From assembly GCA_009694085.1 (NCBI GenBank), contig SHVW01000003.1, positions 1 to 57,852 of the forward strand: 57,852 nucleotides of DNA. The letters are read 5' to 3'. Shown in pieces: positions 57,589 to 57,852 of this stretch. The position numbers were made by a program, and so were the translations under genes. Below the pieces are notes generated by a model, which was not told the DNA's origin, searched no databases, and saw only the letters and a list, made by a program, of their open reading frames with translations. The DNA is from Alphaproteobacteria bacterium. Lineage in GTDB: Bacteria > Pseudomonadota > Alphaproteobacteria > SHVW01. The first letter of the stretch is position 1. Each line of letters opens with the position of its first letter.

Positions 57589-57852
57589 GGGCGTGTCGTC
57601 TGGGTCTTTCGGTTACTTTTGGCGGGATCACGGCGGTCTTTCCCGCTGCCGCCAGCACTTCGAGCACGCGCTCGTCGGCATCGAAGGCCTTGTCGGCCAG
57701 CAAGGTGCCGGCTTCCATCTGCGGCAACAGCGCATCGGCACCCGCGAGATCATGGGTCTGGCCCGGCGTCAGCAGGAATGCCAGCGGATTGCCCAAGGCA
57801 TCGACCAGAGCGTGGATCTTGGTGCTCAGTCCGCCTTTGCTGCGGCCGATCG
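57586..57852 (-). mobile_element. Defective IS5-family element (IS427-like transposase C-terminal part), continuing beyond the right edge
   Basis: RSKGGLSTKIHALVDALGNPLAFLLTPGQTHD...LADKAFD...VIPPK; ends ...GACGACACGCCCTAG at a CTAG site. Confidence 0.88.

Overview
GC-rich bacterial chromosome segment, most likely alphaproteobacterial (Rhodospirillales-like; inferred from gene content and the prfB/mrcA sequences). Most of it is housekeeping and nitrogen/amine catabolism: peptide SBP, pepF, fadD, UDP-sugar epimerase, MlrC, GGT, gabT, two amidohydrolases, an M24 hydrolase, the N-methylglutamate genes gmaS-mgsABC with an XRE-cupin regulator, a polar amino-acid ABC system split by a Rieske oxygenase, a GcvA-type LysR with a 2OG-oxygenase/HD/aminotransferase/FAD-oxidase operon, soxBDAG, a TctABC-PrpD-CoA transferase operon, PBP1A and prfB with its programmed frameshift. 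There are two decayed IS elements (IS4 and IS5 families). The most unusual block is a 9.5 kb minus-strand operon (15676-25217). It encodes a membrane-anchored SPOR protein, then TssJ-TssK(frameshifted)-TssL-TssM, then an unknown 617-aa protein with seven helical repeats in a ~161-aa higher-order period and a beta-rich C-terminus. No sheath, tube, spike, wedge or ClpV gene lies in the window. Other candidates are a PhnZ/MIOX-like HD protein paired with a 2OG oxygenase, and a HutI paralogue with altered active-site residues. No rRNA, tRNA or CRISPR array was seen. All family assignments come from motif recognition by eye, with no database search.
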